Assembly (NCBI GenBank): GCA_964621065.1
Contig: CAZULG010000001.1
Location: 11,082 to 75,081, forward strand
Reading direction: 5' to 3'
Source of the DNA: an uncultured Methanosarcinales archaeon
GTDB taxonomy: Archaea > Nanobdellota > Nanobdellia > Woesearchaeales > UBA583
DNA: 64,000 bases
In this document: positions 29,050-39,823 of the stretch, piece by piece
Layout: each line of letters starts with the position of its first letter
How positions within the stretch are numbered: position 1 is the stretch's first letter
The notes under the pieces: generated by a model
The model's input: only the letters and a program-made list of their open reading frames with translations
Database searches by the model: none
Told to the model about the DNA's origin: nothing
Position numbers and translations under genes: made by a program

Positions 29050-30390
29050 TTAATTAATAATCTCAAAATTTTTGTAATTAGAGTAAACTATTGGAGAGGG
29101 TAAATTTGAGTAATTAAAGACTAGTTGGATTTCTTTTGCACTATTTGGTTGAATTGTAATATTGCTGACATTTTTTATCAATTTTTTCCCCGTAATAGAA
29201 TCAAATCCTATCCTCTGAGGATCACCTTCTGATACAAATAAAGAAAAGTTTGTGATTTGAATAGTTTCTGTATCATTAAAATTTTCTATGACAGATTTTG
29301 CAAGCCATGTAACATTTGTATCAATTGAATTAGGATTTGGAACACCTATAATTTGTTTTTCTACTTCTATCACAATAGAAGGATGTTTTGTATCTAAGAC
29401 CTTTTTTTTGGTTTCGTTAAATAACTCTTGTAAGTCACTTATTCTTTCATCAATAATGTTATTATCTGTTGGAATATCATCACAATAGGTTTGAGTGGAT
29501 TGTATTGAATTTTGTATATTGATTAGACTACTTGGATATAAAATAGAATTATTCAAGTTTATCTCTACGAAGTCTATTTTTGAAGAACAGTAATCTACCA
29601 TTTCTTGAATTTCTGCTTTTCTCTCTTTTTCTTTTTCTTCCTCAAGTAATTCTTCTTTTATCTCATCCTTTATGTCATTTTTAAGTTCGTCAATATCGAT
29701 ATTTTCACTTAGTTCTAATTTTTCATCAAGCATATTTTCTGTATTAATTGTAACATCACTGTAATCACGATAATCAGTATCAAACTTATTAGCACACTTT
29801 GATTTCACATCCTCTAAACTCTTAATATAATTTGTATAATCAGAGTTTGTAATGTTGTCTTCATTTTCAACATCAGAATTCAAATTTTCTATATCGTTTA
29901 TACAGCTACTTGAAATTGATTCATCAAGATTTAATTTTTCATCTTCTAATTTTATAATAATATCATCCACTCTTTCATCAAAATTGTCTGAATAACTATC
30001 AGTATTTTCAAAATCAGAATTAAACGAAGTCTCACAAGTATCTATAACTGAATTTATTTGAGATTCTATTTCTGAGATTTTTTCAAATTCATTATTGTTA
30101 ATTTTTTGATTTGACTTTAAAATTAAATTGTTGCAGACTTTTTCAAATATCATATATTCAATTTGTAGAGTATTTATTGTTTCTCCATTGTCATTATTAC
30201 TATCATTACTACTTATATTTAGATTATCAATTCTACTAGAAATATTTCTAATCTCTTGCATAAGTTCTTCATTTTCTCTCTCTAAGTAGTCGATATGTTC
30301 ATCCTGTGAAAAATTATCTGATAATGTTGAACATCCACTGAAAATAAAAATAAGAAAACTAAGAATTAAGATATTAAAAAACCTACTCAT
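29050..30390 (-). CDS. Secreted acidic coiled-coil protein, lipoprotein-like
   Basis: Signal peptide ending FIFSGCS (lipobox-like), then a highly acidic Asp/Glu/Asn-rich coiled-coil and a Cys-poor beta-rich C-terminus. Confidence 0.4.
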   Translation of the reverse strand: MSRFFNILILSFLIFIFSGCSTLSDNFSQDEHIDYLERENEELMQEIRNISSRIDNLNISSNDSNNDNGETINTLQIEYMIFEKVCNNLILKSNQKINNNEFEKISEIESQINSVIDTCETSFNSDFENTDSYSDNFDERVDDIIIKLEDEKLNLDESISSSCINDIENLNSDVENEDNITNSDYTNYIKSLEDVKSKCANKFDTDYRDYSDVTINTENMLDEKLELSENIDIDELKNDIKDEIKEELLEEEKEKERKAEIQEMVDYCSSKIDFVEINLNNSILYPSSLINIQNSIQSTQTYCDDIPTDNNIIDERISDLQELFNETKKKVLDTKHPSIVIEVEKQIIGVPNPNSIDTNVTWLAKSVIENFNDTETIQITNFSLFVSEGDPQRIGFDSITGKKLIKNVSNITIQPNSAKEIQLVFNYSNLPSPIVYSNYKNFEIIN

Positions 30391-30439
30391 ACGCTTTTAT
30401 AGTAATTCAAATTTTATAAACTTACTTGTAGCAAAATTA

Positions 30440-30821
30440 AGAAGTATTCTAGCAACTTCGTTGCTAGTATTAATTCAAGCTGCGAAGCAGCTTAGTCTAC
30501 GAATAATAATATACTTCCTCAGAAGTTATCACTTCCGAACCTTGTGAAAGGAGACATTCACTTTGTTCAATCTCCTGATTATTTTCAAGCTCCTAAGTTC
30601 AAGCTGCGAAGCAGCTTAGTCTACGAATAATAATATTCTACGGATTGTCTCTGCTCATTGTCTTTAACAGAGTGCTTCTTATTAATTCTCGGTCGTTTTG
30701 TATGTTCTTCTCATCCAGCTTTTTTTACACCGTTCGTTTTCAACTCACTCAAAAAAAGTTGTGCAAAAAAACTGCTCTCGCTACACTCAAGCCCCTAAGT
30801 TCAAGCAACGAAGTTGCTTAA
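30440..30821. repeat. Tandemly reiterated hairpin units downstream of ABCE1, including a duplicated copy of the ABCE1 3' coding end
   Basis: Hairpins with GAA/TTC triloops at 30450-30466, 30477-30493, 30601-30617 and 30804-30818. Segment 30474-30512 is near-identical to 30598-30636. Segment 30624-30712 is ~95% identical to the true ABCE1 end 30824-30913. Confidence 0.6.
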
Positions 30822-32576
30822 CTAAGAATAATAATATTCTCCGGATTGTCTCTGCTCATTGTCTTTAACAGAATGCTTCTTATTAATTCTCGGTCGTTTT
30901 GTATGCTCTTCACGCCTAAACGTAATATCAACTCCTTTTAAGAAATGATTCATCCCATCTCGCATCCCACTAGGAGAGTTAGCAACTCCTCTAATACTTG
31001 GCTCTCCATCAAATACCATCAATCTGTGTGACAAATAATCCATAAAAATTAAGTCATGATCAATCACAAAACACGCTTTCTCTTTAAGTTCAATAAAATT
31101 TTTAATCACTTTTGCAACCACAAGTCTATCCTCTACGTCTAAAAACGCAGTTGGTTCATCAAGTAAATACACCTGAGCGTCTTCCAATAAACACCGAGCA
31201 ATAGCAAAACGCTGTAACTCTCCCCCTGATAATTCATTAATTTGTTTCTCCTCTAAATTGTGGATTTTTAACGGGTCTAACACATACAATTTATAGAACG
31301 AATCAGTATAATTATTCATCGCACCCAGAACAGACATCACTAAATCATCTTGCTTCTCAATTAACTGCTCTTTATATGAAATCACTTTCCCATCAAGACC
31401 AACTTCATTAACATGCTTCATAAATGTTGATTTTCCAAGAGCATTTCTACCAATAATTCCAATAATCTCTCCTTTTGAAATATGACCTGCTTGAATCTCA
31501 ACTTGAAAATCTCCTCGCTTAACAATTTCTTGAGGCCAACTTACATATGCAGATCTTACTTGCTCATCTAACACACTCTCTTTATTAAACGAAATTGGTT
31601 TATCTCGAAACTGAATATTCTCATCTTTTGAGTACCCTTCTAAATACTCATTCATTCCCTGACGCGCATTTTTAATATTTGTCAACTTTCCATATACACT
31701 TGGCTGACCATACATTAAATGAATATTATCAATTAAAAAATCTAAAATTACCAAATCGTGCTCAACCACTAACGCTGATTTTTCGCCAACTACTTCTTTA
31801 ATAATTTGAGCAGTATTCAATCGCTCATACACATCCAAATAGTTTGTCACTTCATCTAATACATAAAAATTTGCATTCTCTTTCAATAAACACGCACAAA
31901 TTGCAACACGTTGCAGTTCTCCTCCAGACAAGTGTGAAATGTCACGCTCAAGTATTTGCTCAACATTTAAACTCTTCGCTCGCGCTTTAACTTTTTCTTC
32001 GTTACTCTCAACTCTGTGTAGTAAATTTTTTACAACTCCTTTAAATTTTTGAGGAATTTGAATGATTTGTTGTGGTTTAAACGCAACTGTAATATCTTGG
32101 TGCTGCAAAGATGTGAAATATTGTTGCATAATTGTTCCTTTATATTGACCAATAAGTGCTTTAAAATACTCTTCTTTTGTCTCATATGTATTTTCAACAT
32201 CTCCAAAATTTGCTTGAATAAGACCTGCTAAAATTGAAATCACTGTTGACTTTCCAATTCCATTTTTCCCCAAAATACCAACAATTTTGCCATCTTCAAC
32301 ATAAGGTAGATTAAACACACGAAACCCATTTTTACCATATTGATGAATAGGAGGAGTTTTATCTTCATCGGGTAAATTAATAATTGAAATCGCATGAGGG
32401 GCAGCTTTGACGCAAATCCCACACCCTATACATAATACTTCATCAATTAAAAGCTTCTCTCCTTCAAAATACATACAATCAGCTCCTCTACGATTTACAG
32501 GGCAGAGTGATTGAATATGTTTTTTTTCACTCATAACTTTTAATTTTTCATTATTTATAACAGCAAGTCTTGGCAT
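30822..32576 (-). CDS. abcE1: ABCE1 / RNase L inhibitor ribosome-recycling ATPase
   Basis: N-terminal 4Fe-4S cluster motifs (CPVNRRGADC...CIGCGICVKAAP) and two ABC ATPase domains (GKNGIGKST; LSGGELQRV x2). Confidence 0.9.
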   Translation of the reverse strand: MPRLAVINNEKLKVMSEKKHIQSLCPVNRRGADCMYFEGEKLLIDEVLCIGCGICVKAAPHAISIINLPDEDKTPPIHQYGKNGFRVFNLPYVEDGKIVGILGKNGIGKSTVISILAGLIQANFGDVENTYETKEEYFKALIGQYKGTIMQQYFTSLQHQDITVAFKPQQIIQIPQKFKGVVKNLLHRVESNEEKVKARAKSLNVEQILERDISHLSGGELQRVAICACLLKENANFYVLDEVTNYLDVYERLNTAQIIKEVVGEKSALVVEHDLVILDFLIDNIHLMYGQPSVYGKLTNIKNARQGMNEYLEGYSKDENIQFRDKPISFNKESVLDEQVRSAYVSWPQEIVKRGDFQVEIQAGHISKGEIIGIIGRNALGKSTFMKHVNEVGLDGKVISYKEQLIEKQDDLVMSVLGAMNNYTDSFYKLYVLDPLKIHNLEEKQINELSGGELQRFAIARCLLEDAQVYLLDEPTAFLDVEDRLVVAKVIKNFIELKEKACFVIDHDLIFMDYLSHRLMVFDGEPSIRGVANSPSGMRDGMNHFLKGVDITFRREEHTKRPRINKKHSVKDNEQRQSGEYYYS

Positions 32577-32667
32577 TTTTTATCTATTCAATTAAATAAT
32601 GAAGAATTAATAAATGTTTAGTAAAAAAATTTGATATATTTAATTAATCCTAATTATTTAGTTTTTA

Positions 32668-33150
32668 CTATTCTCCTTGCAATTTGCTCATTACTTTCTC
32701 CTTGACAACTCTAAGCTCCTCTTCATCACGCTCTTGACCTTCTAAATTCAAGTTCACATTATCTCCTTTATATCTTGGAATAAGATGAATTGCAAAATGT
32801 TGAATTTGTTGGCCTGCTGCTTGTCCGTTTGGAATAATAATTGTCACATCATCACTTTTTAAACTCTCTTGAAGCAGTTGAGCAATTTGTTTTGCGAGTA
32901 CTTGAGCTTGAGATAACACTTCATCTGGAACAAGAGACATCATTAAATAGTGTTCTTTTGGAATTAAAATTGTATGACCATTAGTAATGGGATTAATATC
33001 TAAAAACGCTAAAAAATTATCATCTTCATGAACAGTCTTGTTTGGAATTTCACCACGAATAATTTTACAAAAAATACAATTCTCTTTCATTAACTCAATT
33101 CGTTTTTGTAACTCTTCTTGTGAAATTTGAGATTGTTGTTCCTCTGACAT
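32668..33150 (-). CDS. HIT family hydrolase
   Basis: CIFCKII...NPITNGHTLIIP and the histidine triad QHFAIHLIPR. Confidence 0.75.
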   Translation of the reverse strand: MSEEQQSQISQEELQKRIELMKENCIFCKIIRGEIPNKTVHEDDNFLAFLDINPITNGHTILIPKEHYLMMSLVPDEVLSQAQVLAKQIAQLLQESLKSDDVTIIIPNGQAAGQQIQHFAIHLIPRYKGDNVNLNLEGQERDEEELRVVKEKVMSKLQGE

Positions 33151-33265
33151 TTATATTAATTATAATCATTAATCTTTAAAAAATTATGTGTTAACTCATC
33201 TTAGTAAAATTCACTAAACGAGGTTATAACATAACTTTAAAAGGAGAAAATGTGAATAAATAATA

Positions 33266-36200
33266 ATGAATTATCAATTTCTATTTTTAAAAAAATTGTA
33301 TCTTTTTTTTGCATTTTTTGTTCTCTTCTCAATCATCTTAGCGCCTCAGAGTTATGCTATTTGTGAAGTAACATCATTTATTAATCAAACTACTCCATCT
33401 CCTCAGGATAGATCTTGCTCTTCAGATGATGGGTATGTTATTACAGATATTACAGGAGATATTTACTGTAGTAATGACCCATTCAATCCTGGAGATTTTG
33501 AGTTTAAAAAAATAACAATTGAAAATTCAAATATTAACTTTATCAATTGTAACTTTAAATATGCAAGTGGAGCATCTGAAGAAATCGATATTTCAAATTC
33601 AACAATTGCTGGATATGGACTAAAGTTTGAATCACCATCTTCTATTGAAAATAATTTTATTTCAGAATTTACAAATGATTCAACAAATTCATATTATGGT
33701 TTTGAGAATAATTTATTCGATATTTACAAAGGAAATGACTCAACACAAGTGTTTGCTCAAGGTGTTGATATTAAAAGAGGTTTTTCAATTCAAAATACTT
33801 CAAGTGGAAATTTTACGAGTATTTCTAAATTTAATACATTAAAAACAATTCCCGATGTAATTGGAAGTGTTGATATGTATCATGTGTATGTGCCATTTCA
33901 ATCGATAACTAATAGTAGTGCAAATAATGATTTTGATAAATCATACAACATTGAATTTGATTTTGATAGTTCAATTGACTCATTGAATTTCTCTTATTCT
34001 AATTTTTCCTCCCTTGATGTTATTCAAGAAGTTCAGATTCCAAAAAACTATCCTCCAACACCCCTCATTGCTCAATATATGTATAATCCTACAACAAATT
34101 ATCAAGAAATTGAAATTAATTTTGATGAATATGTTCAATCGTTAAATATAACAATACTTGATTCAACAAATCAAGAAGTTTTTAATTATTCAGGTGGAGG
34201 ATTAAAAAATATCAGTTTAGAAAATCTTCCTTTTGATTTAAATGAGAGTGAAGAATATGAAGTTCAATTTGAATACATTGATTATTTTTCAAACGCAGAT
34301 TTGAAAAGTATTATTTTAAAATCACCAAGTATTAATAACACAGAGTTTGAAGATGAGTTTTCATTAAATTATATATTTAACCAATCATCAACTGCAACGT
34401 TAGATGCAACGCTGCAAATTGAACCAACAGCAATCTCAACTCCACTCTCCTCACTAGAATTCTCGTCAACTTCACTCTCAAGCCCATTATTTAATATTAC
34501 AAATTCAACTCAAATAACATTTAACTCAAGCTCAATATTTACAATTCCAACAAACTCAAGTTTCTATCAACCTCACAAAGGAGTTATTTCATCTTCTGCG
34601 TTTAATTCATCTCCTGTTGTACAACTCGATAATTCTTCATTTGCTCAATCAACACGTAATAGAGATGGAAATTTTCAATATTCAATTTCTACTCCTAGAA
34701 ATGTATTTGAGATTTTAAACAATACTAAAATCACACCTCAATTTCCTGAAGATATTTATTTTAATAAATCATTTACACTTGAAGCATTATATCTTCAAAC
34801 AAGTGATAATTCACTCATATCTCCCTCCTCGTGTACTATTTACTACAACACACTAACCCCAACACAAACCGTTCAAAATATGACCTTTCAACCATCTCTT
34901 TCAACATTTAATACTTCAATATTATTCAGAGAGTTTTACCCACTCCAACAACCCTTAACTATTCAATGTTCAAATGAACTTGGACTTGAGAATGTATCTA
35001 ATACATTTACAATTAATCAAACAACCCAACCAATTGATAATTTTACAAGTGATATCTCTTACAATCCTAAAAGCCCAGGATCATTTACAACAATTGAAAA
35101 AGAGCTCAATATTAGTATTTCATCTCAAGGTTCTCAAAATATTAACTCTAATTTTGATAATGAATACTCAGTTATGATTTCTCGAATTGAATATTTAAGA
35201 GAGGGATGGAATACGAGCAGAAATTTAACAAATTGGATCAATATTGGAAAAAATGAAGAAGCAAGATTTTCGCATAGCGATCTGAACTATTCTAAATCAA
35301 TTAGACTTGATTTAGAAAATTCTTCAACTCAACAATTAAATAATAGTTTCATATTTAGAGATATTAAAGATGAAAATGGAGATGCAATTTCTTTATTTGT
35401 TATTGTAAAATCTTGTGTACCACCGTATTCAAATGAAGCATGTGAATTTTTCTCTAACTCATCTCAATTTTATATCTTTCAAGACTCAACTCCTCCACTG
35501 CTTTATGATTTTGCGCTTAGAAATATGACCAATGATGATAATTTTTACATAAGAATTAATGTTGATGATTTAGAAAGTGATATTGAATACGCAAATATGA
35601 GATTTTCAAATGCACATAACACCTCAGACTCATTCTCCCTTCCACTCACAAATTACATTAGTGAAGAACTTGGAATTCAAAATGCACCATTAAATAGTAT
35701 CTCATCAATTGAAGAAGGAATTTTATATAATCTCTCAATTAATACTTCAAATAACAATAACATTGCAAATGAAAATCTTGATATTCAAAACCAACTGCTT
35801 CTTGATAACCAGCCGCCTAGTAATTCAAGTCTTCAATTACTCGATACATCTTTATACAATACTTCACATAATAGATTTTACACTAACAATGGAACTCAAG
35901 TTAAGTTTAATATAACATCTGGATTTGATAATTTTATTGGATATCAAAATAATAGTGGAATTAGTCACTACAATCTTACACTATATTCTATGTCAAATGA
36001 TTGCTCAATTCGAGAAAATCAATCAAACTCAATATCAAACAATATTAGTGATAATCAAACCCAAATTATAACTCTCAATATGACTCAAGACACGTGTAAT
36101 GAGCTTGAACTTGTTGTGTTTGATAACGCTGGAAATCAAGAAGTTGTGGATACACTTGAAATAGTTGTTGATACAACCCCTCCAACATTTAATAATGTAG

Positions 36201-39200
36201 ATGGACAACTCAAAATATCACCTATAGGCTCTAACAGCAAATTTTTTAACAGAGATAATCTCAACAAAGACTCAGTTTTATTTAGTTATCAATACGATAT
36301 AAGTGATGATTTAACACCTTTAAAGGAAATCACAGTTAATTTGTATGAGAAACTTAATACAACTGGAGCATCTTCTAATTTAGTTAAACAACTTAATGTC
36401 TCAACTGATTCAAAACAAATTGATTTTACGCTTAGTAATTATTCATTTAAAGATAATCGAAAGTATAAAATTGGAATTGTTGCAGAAAATTTTGCTCAAC
36501 TGCAAACTCCTCAAATTGAATCTTCTGAAATATTTCTAGGATTAACATCCTCTCTCAATATTACACCAAAAGGATTTTTACGAGAAGATGATAATTCATT
36601 TTATTACTCACCACAATTTCTCAATGGAGCTAATTATCCACTTGAATTTAATAATAATAATCAAGCAGATGTAAGTTGTTCTCTTAATACAATTATTCAA
36701 AATTATTCTCTAAGTGATACAAATCAATGCAGTTTAAGTCCAGATAGTTCAATTCTCTCTTGTCAAGCATCTCAAAGTGATATTGAGCAATACGAATACG
36801 TTATTGCAAATTGTTTCATCAGTAATGTTGAAGAAGATGTTCAAGAATATTTCTCTAAAAATATCTCATTTACAACTCTTAATCAAACAAGTAGAGCAGA
36901 TATTGATTTTCAAGTTATCCCAAATAGAACATTTTTCTTTGATAATGAGACAATTGGATTTAATTTTACAACAAAAAATGATAGAGATGATGCTACATAT
37001 TTATTAGAGCAAACACTCAACTCCCCCACAAATAATATTAGTTCAATGAAATTTAATCAAAAAGGACAAAATTTAACACGAGATAATTTGAGTAATTTTA
37101 ACACCTCAATCACACCAACTGCGTCTCAATCTTTTTTCATATTTAATAATTCATATAATAAAACTTCACCTGTGCTCAATTTTACATATAATGGACTCAT
37201 TCCAATATATGAATTTAAATTTAATAATTCTATAAATCAATCACAAATTAACTTGTTAATAGAAAATTTTTTAAGTGAAAATCAAAATGTTGAAGATAAA
37301 CTAACTACTAATTTAACAGTTAATCTCACAGCACCTATCACTAATAGTTTTACTCTTAACACTTCAAATTTTAATAGAAAATTAGACTTTGATACAAGCA
37401 TTATTGAACACGAATTTATGATTCCTAATTTGAATAATAATCAACTCACATTTGAAGCATTAATTGATCAGAGTAATAAATTTGAGGATATTTATTTGAA
37501 AAATTTAAGCACTTACACGTCTTACTTAAACTATAGCACTTCTAATACATTTAATTTTGAATTTTTTGATTATTTCTCATTTGATAATAATGTGACATTC
37601 TCATTCAATTCAACTGATGAGCCAGATGAGCTGCAACTAAACTCATCTCAAAGTTTTAATTTGACACTTGATCCAACTCAAATTAACAAAATTAATTTAT
37701 CTAAATTCATCATTAACAACAATACACAAATTCCTAGCAGTCTCTATTCTATCTCAACACAAATCTCAAATACTCCTTCAACGCTTGAATACAGTTTAAA
37801 CAATAATTCTAAAAATACAGTTGAAGAAGAGTTAATGCTCTATTTAAATGATGGAATAACTAATTCTGAGCAAACAATTGATGTAGTTATGAGTGATAAT
37901 TTTGGATCCTCAGTTTCATTTGAATTAAATTTAAATTGGAATTTAAGTCAAATTAATAGCAGTAGTTATGATATGTCTGAATTCAATACAAATATTTCAA
38001 ATTTCATTACAAAAAAGCAATCATCTTGGTACATTGATTTTGGTGTGGAGCAGAATATAATCTCTCAAATCTCATTTGAAATCGAAAATTCAACAGTTGA
38101 ATATCCTCTCAATATAGATGGTAAAGTGAATGATTCAATTTATACTCTTGCATTTACAAAACAAATTTATGATGAGCTCCATAACAAGTATTTCAATGAA
38201 GATGTTTATGAAGTAGATATCTCAACCACATACACAACTCCTTTTGATATTGAATTTACAGTTAATGATACAATAGAGTTTGATTTTGATGTGAATGAAA
38301 ATACTATTTCAGATAGATTTGACATAGATTTAGATAATAATGGTATTAATGATTTAATACAATCAATAATCTATAATAAAAGTCTTGTGTTCAATATTCC
38401 TACTTCAAATGTAGAAGAAACATTTAATCTTACAAATACGAGTTATTTTAATATCTCATCTGATGTATTTAATTCAAATATTATAATTTCATGGAATGAT
38501 AACAACTCAAATGTGTGGGACTTTTCTTCAACGTATGTGAATATAGAAGAAGTTGAAATTGAAAATTTTAATAAAGTTGGTTCAAGAATGAGCATTGATA
38601 AGTTCCCTAAATTTGATTCAAAAAAATCAATTCAAGTTCCAAAAATTTCTCAAAATAGTGAGTTACAATATTGTATAGGAAATAACGAAAATCTTCAAAC
38701 TTCTAGTAGTTGTAGCGGTAGTGATGAATATCTTGTTGAGAGTTGTGACTCATCAATTGGTGGAGGAATTGAATGTGTTGAAGAGTCTAATAGCTTGACA
38801 TTTACAAATCTCTCATTTACAACTATTGAGACCATTTGCAGTTCTTGTGAAGAAAGTAATGATGACTCCTCTGATGATTCTTCTGGAAATGATAATGATG
38901 GAAGTTCTGGAGGAGGTTCTAGCAGTGGTGGCTCTTCAAGTGGTGGAGGCGGAGGAAGTTCTGGAGGAGGATTTGTAACACAACCCGATATTGAAGAAAA
39001 TAAATCAGATGAGGATGAATCTCAACAAGATGAAGAAAATGGTAGCAATAATGAACCCGAAGAAGTAGAAGAAGTTGATGAAAATGATACTCAAACAACT
39101 GAAGATTCTGATAATGAAAACAATAACAATAATGAAGAAAATCAAACAACTACTTCTGAAGAAAATGAACAAGAAAATGCTCAAGATGAAGTTCCCACTA

Positions 39201-39790
39201 CACCTGAAGAAGAGTCTTCAATGTCTACAATATTAATAGCAGCAGTAATTATTTTGCTACTAATAGTTGCTATTGTTGGTGTTTATTTATATCAACAAAA
39301 GAAGAAAAAGAAAAGAACATCAGCTCTTAGTGTTAAAAATTATAAACAACAAAGTAGCCTATCTAACGAAAAAACACAAAGACCTTTAACTTCTCTAACA
39401 CTTAGAGAAAGAGAAGAATTTTTAACTAAAATTGGGCCATTAATCTATAAAAAAACTCCGTTAAGTGTAATTGCAAAGAAATATAATATTTCTACTAAAA
39501 AAGATATTCAAGAACTATTAAATATGATATATGTAGACACATTTATTGAAAACATTAAAAGAGAACTTGAGAAAAAAACATTTATGCTTACTCCTCAAAT
39601 TATCTCAGAGTTGAAAAATACAAAGTGGTTTAATTCTCTCAATCCATGCTCTGACAATTCTTCATATTTAAGAGATTTAGGCTTTTTCATATCTCAATAC
39701 AAAATAACTCATGTGTTCAACTCAAATGAATTAAAAGAAATAATTACTGATTCTATTTATGAAGAAATATCATCTCAAAATGAAAACTAA
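33266..39790 (+). CDS. Giant (2174 aa) cell-surface protein: signal peptide, huge N/S/T-rich ectodomain, Ser/Gly and acidic stalk, one TM anchor, ~150-aa cytoplasmic tail
   Basis: N-terminal LFFAFFVLFSIILAPQSYA signal and hundreds of N-x-S/T sequons. Near the C-terminus GSSGGGSSSGGSSSGGGGGSSGGG then a poly-acidic stretch. TM ILIAAVIILLLIVAIVGVYLY is followed by a KKKKKR stop-transfer and a tail containing TPLSVIAKKYNISTKKDIQELL. Confidence 0.6.
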   Translation: MNYQFLFLKKLYLFFAFFVLFSIILAPQSYAICEVTSFINQTTPSPQDRSCSSDDGYVITDITGDIYCSNDPFNPGDFEFKKITIENSNINFINCNFKYASGASEEIDISNSTIAGYGLKFESPSSIENNFISEFTNDSTNSYYGFENNLFDIYKGNDSTQVFAQGVDIKRGFSIQNTSSGNFTSISKFNTLKTIPDVIGSVDMYHVYVPFQSITNSSANNDFDKSYNIEFDFDSSIDSLNFSYSNFSSLDVIQEVQIPKNYPPTPLIAQYMYNPTTNYQEIEINFDEYVQSLNITILDSTNQEVFNYSGGGLKNISLENLPFDLNESEEYEVQFEYIDYFSNADLKSIILKSPSINNTEFEDEFSLNYIFNQSSTATLDATLQIEPTAISTPLSSLEFSSTSLSSPLFNITNSTQITFNSSSIFTIPTNSSFYQPHKGVISSSAFNSSPVVQLDNSSFAQSTRNRDGNFQYSISTPRNVFEILNNTKITPQFPEDIYFNKSFTLEALYLQTSDNSLISPSSCTIYYNTLTPTQTVQNMTFQPSLSTFNTSILFREFYPLQQPLTIQCSNELGLENVSNTFTINQTTQPIDNFTSDISYNPKSPGSFTTIEKELNISISSQGSQNINSNFDNEYSVMISRIEYLREGWNTSRNLTNWINIGKNEEARFSHSDLNYSKSIRLDLENSSTQQLNNSFIFRDIKDENGDAISLFVIVKSCVPPYSNEACEFFSNSSQFYIFQDSTPPLLYDFALRNMTNDDNFYIRINVDDLESDIEYANMRFSNAHNTSDSFSLPLTNYISEELGIQNAPLNSISSIEEGILYNLSINTSNNNNIANENLDIQNQLLLDNQPPSNSSLQLLDTSLYNTSHNRFYTNNGTQVKFNITSGFDNFIGYQNNSGISHYNLTLYSMSNDCSIRENQSNSISNNISDNQTQIITLNMTQDTCNELELVVFDNAGNQEVVDTLEIVVDTTPPTFNNVDGQLKISPIGSNSKFFNRDNLNKDSVLFSYQYDISDDLTPLKEITVNLYEKLNTTGASSNLVKQLNVSTDSKQIDFTLSNYSFKDNRKYKIGIVAENFAQLQTPQIESSEIFLGLTSSLNITPKGFLREDDNSFYYSPQFLNGANYPLEFNNNNQADVSCSLNTIIQNYSLSDTNQCSLSPDSSILSCQASQSDIEQYEYVIANCFISNVEEDVQEYFSKNISFTTLNQTSRADIDFQVIPNRTFFFDNETIGFNFTTKNDRDDATYLLEQTLNSPTNNISSMKFNQKGQNLTRDNLSNFNTSITPTASQSFFIFNNSYNKTSPVLNFTYNGLIPIYEFKFNNSINQSQINLLIENFLSENQNVEDKLTTNLTVNLTAPITNSFTLNTSNFNRKLDFDTSIIEHEFMIPNLNNNQLTFEALIDQSNKFEDIYLKNLSTYTSYLNYSTSNTFNFEFFDYFSFDNNVTFSFNSTDEPDELQLNSSQSFNLTLDPTQINKINLSKFIINNNTQIPSSLYSISTQISNTPSTLEYSLNNNSKNTVEEELMLYLNDGITNSEQTIDVVMSDNFGSSVSFELNLNWNLSQINSSSYDMSEFNTNISNFITKKQSSWYIDFGVEQNIISQISFEIENSTVEYPLNIDGKVNDSIYTLAFTKQIYDELHNKYFNEDVYEVDISTTYTTPFDIEFTVNDTIEFDFDVNENTISDRFDIDLDNNGINDLIQSIIYNKSLVFNIPTSNVEETFNLTNTSYFNISSDVFNSNIIISWNDNNSNVWDFSSTYVNIEEVEIENFNKVGSRMSIDKFPKFDSKKSIQVPKISQNSELQYCIGNNENLQTSSSCSGSDEYLVESCDSSIGGGIECVEESNSLTFTNLSFTTIETICSSCEESNDDSSDDSSGNDNDGSSGGGSSSGGSSSGGGGGSSGGGFVTQPDIEENKSDEDESQQDEENGSNNEPEEVEEVDENDTQTTEDSDNENNNNNEENQTTTSEENEQENAQDEVPTTPEEESSMSTILIAAVIILLLIVAIVGVYLYQQKKKKKRTSALSVKNYKQQSSLSNEKTQRPLTSLTLREREEFLTKIGPLIYKKTPLSVIAKKYNISTKKDIQELLNMIYVDTFIENIKRELEKKTFMLTPQIISELKNTKWFNSLNPCSDNSSYLRDLGFFISQYKITHVFNSNELKEIITDSIYEEISSQNEN

Positions 39791-39823
39791 TATTTATTAA
39801 ATTTTGTATTTCTTAATAAGAAT

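Noticed and set aside
33627-39149. Short ORFs inside the giant surface-protein gene (33627, 34974, 35709, 36777 on the plus strand in other frames; 38919 on the minus strand)
   Set aside because: They are nested in alternative frames of a continuous 6.5-kb ORF with coherent protein features; low-complexity frame artefacts.
39160-39300. PGF-CTERM/archaeosortase sorting signal at the C-terminus of the giant protein
   Set aside because: The TM helix is followed by a ~150-aa cytoplasmic tail rather than a short basic tail at the extreme C-terminus, and there is no PGF motif.
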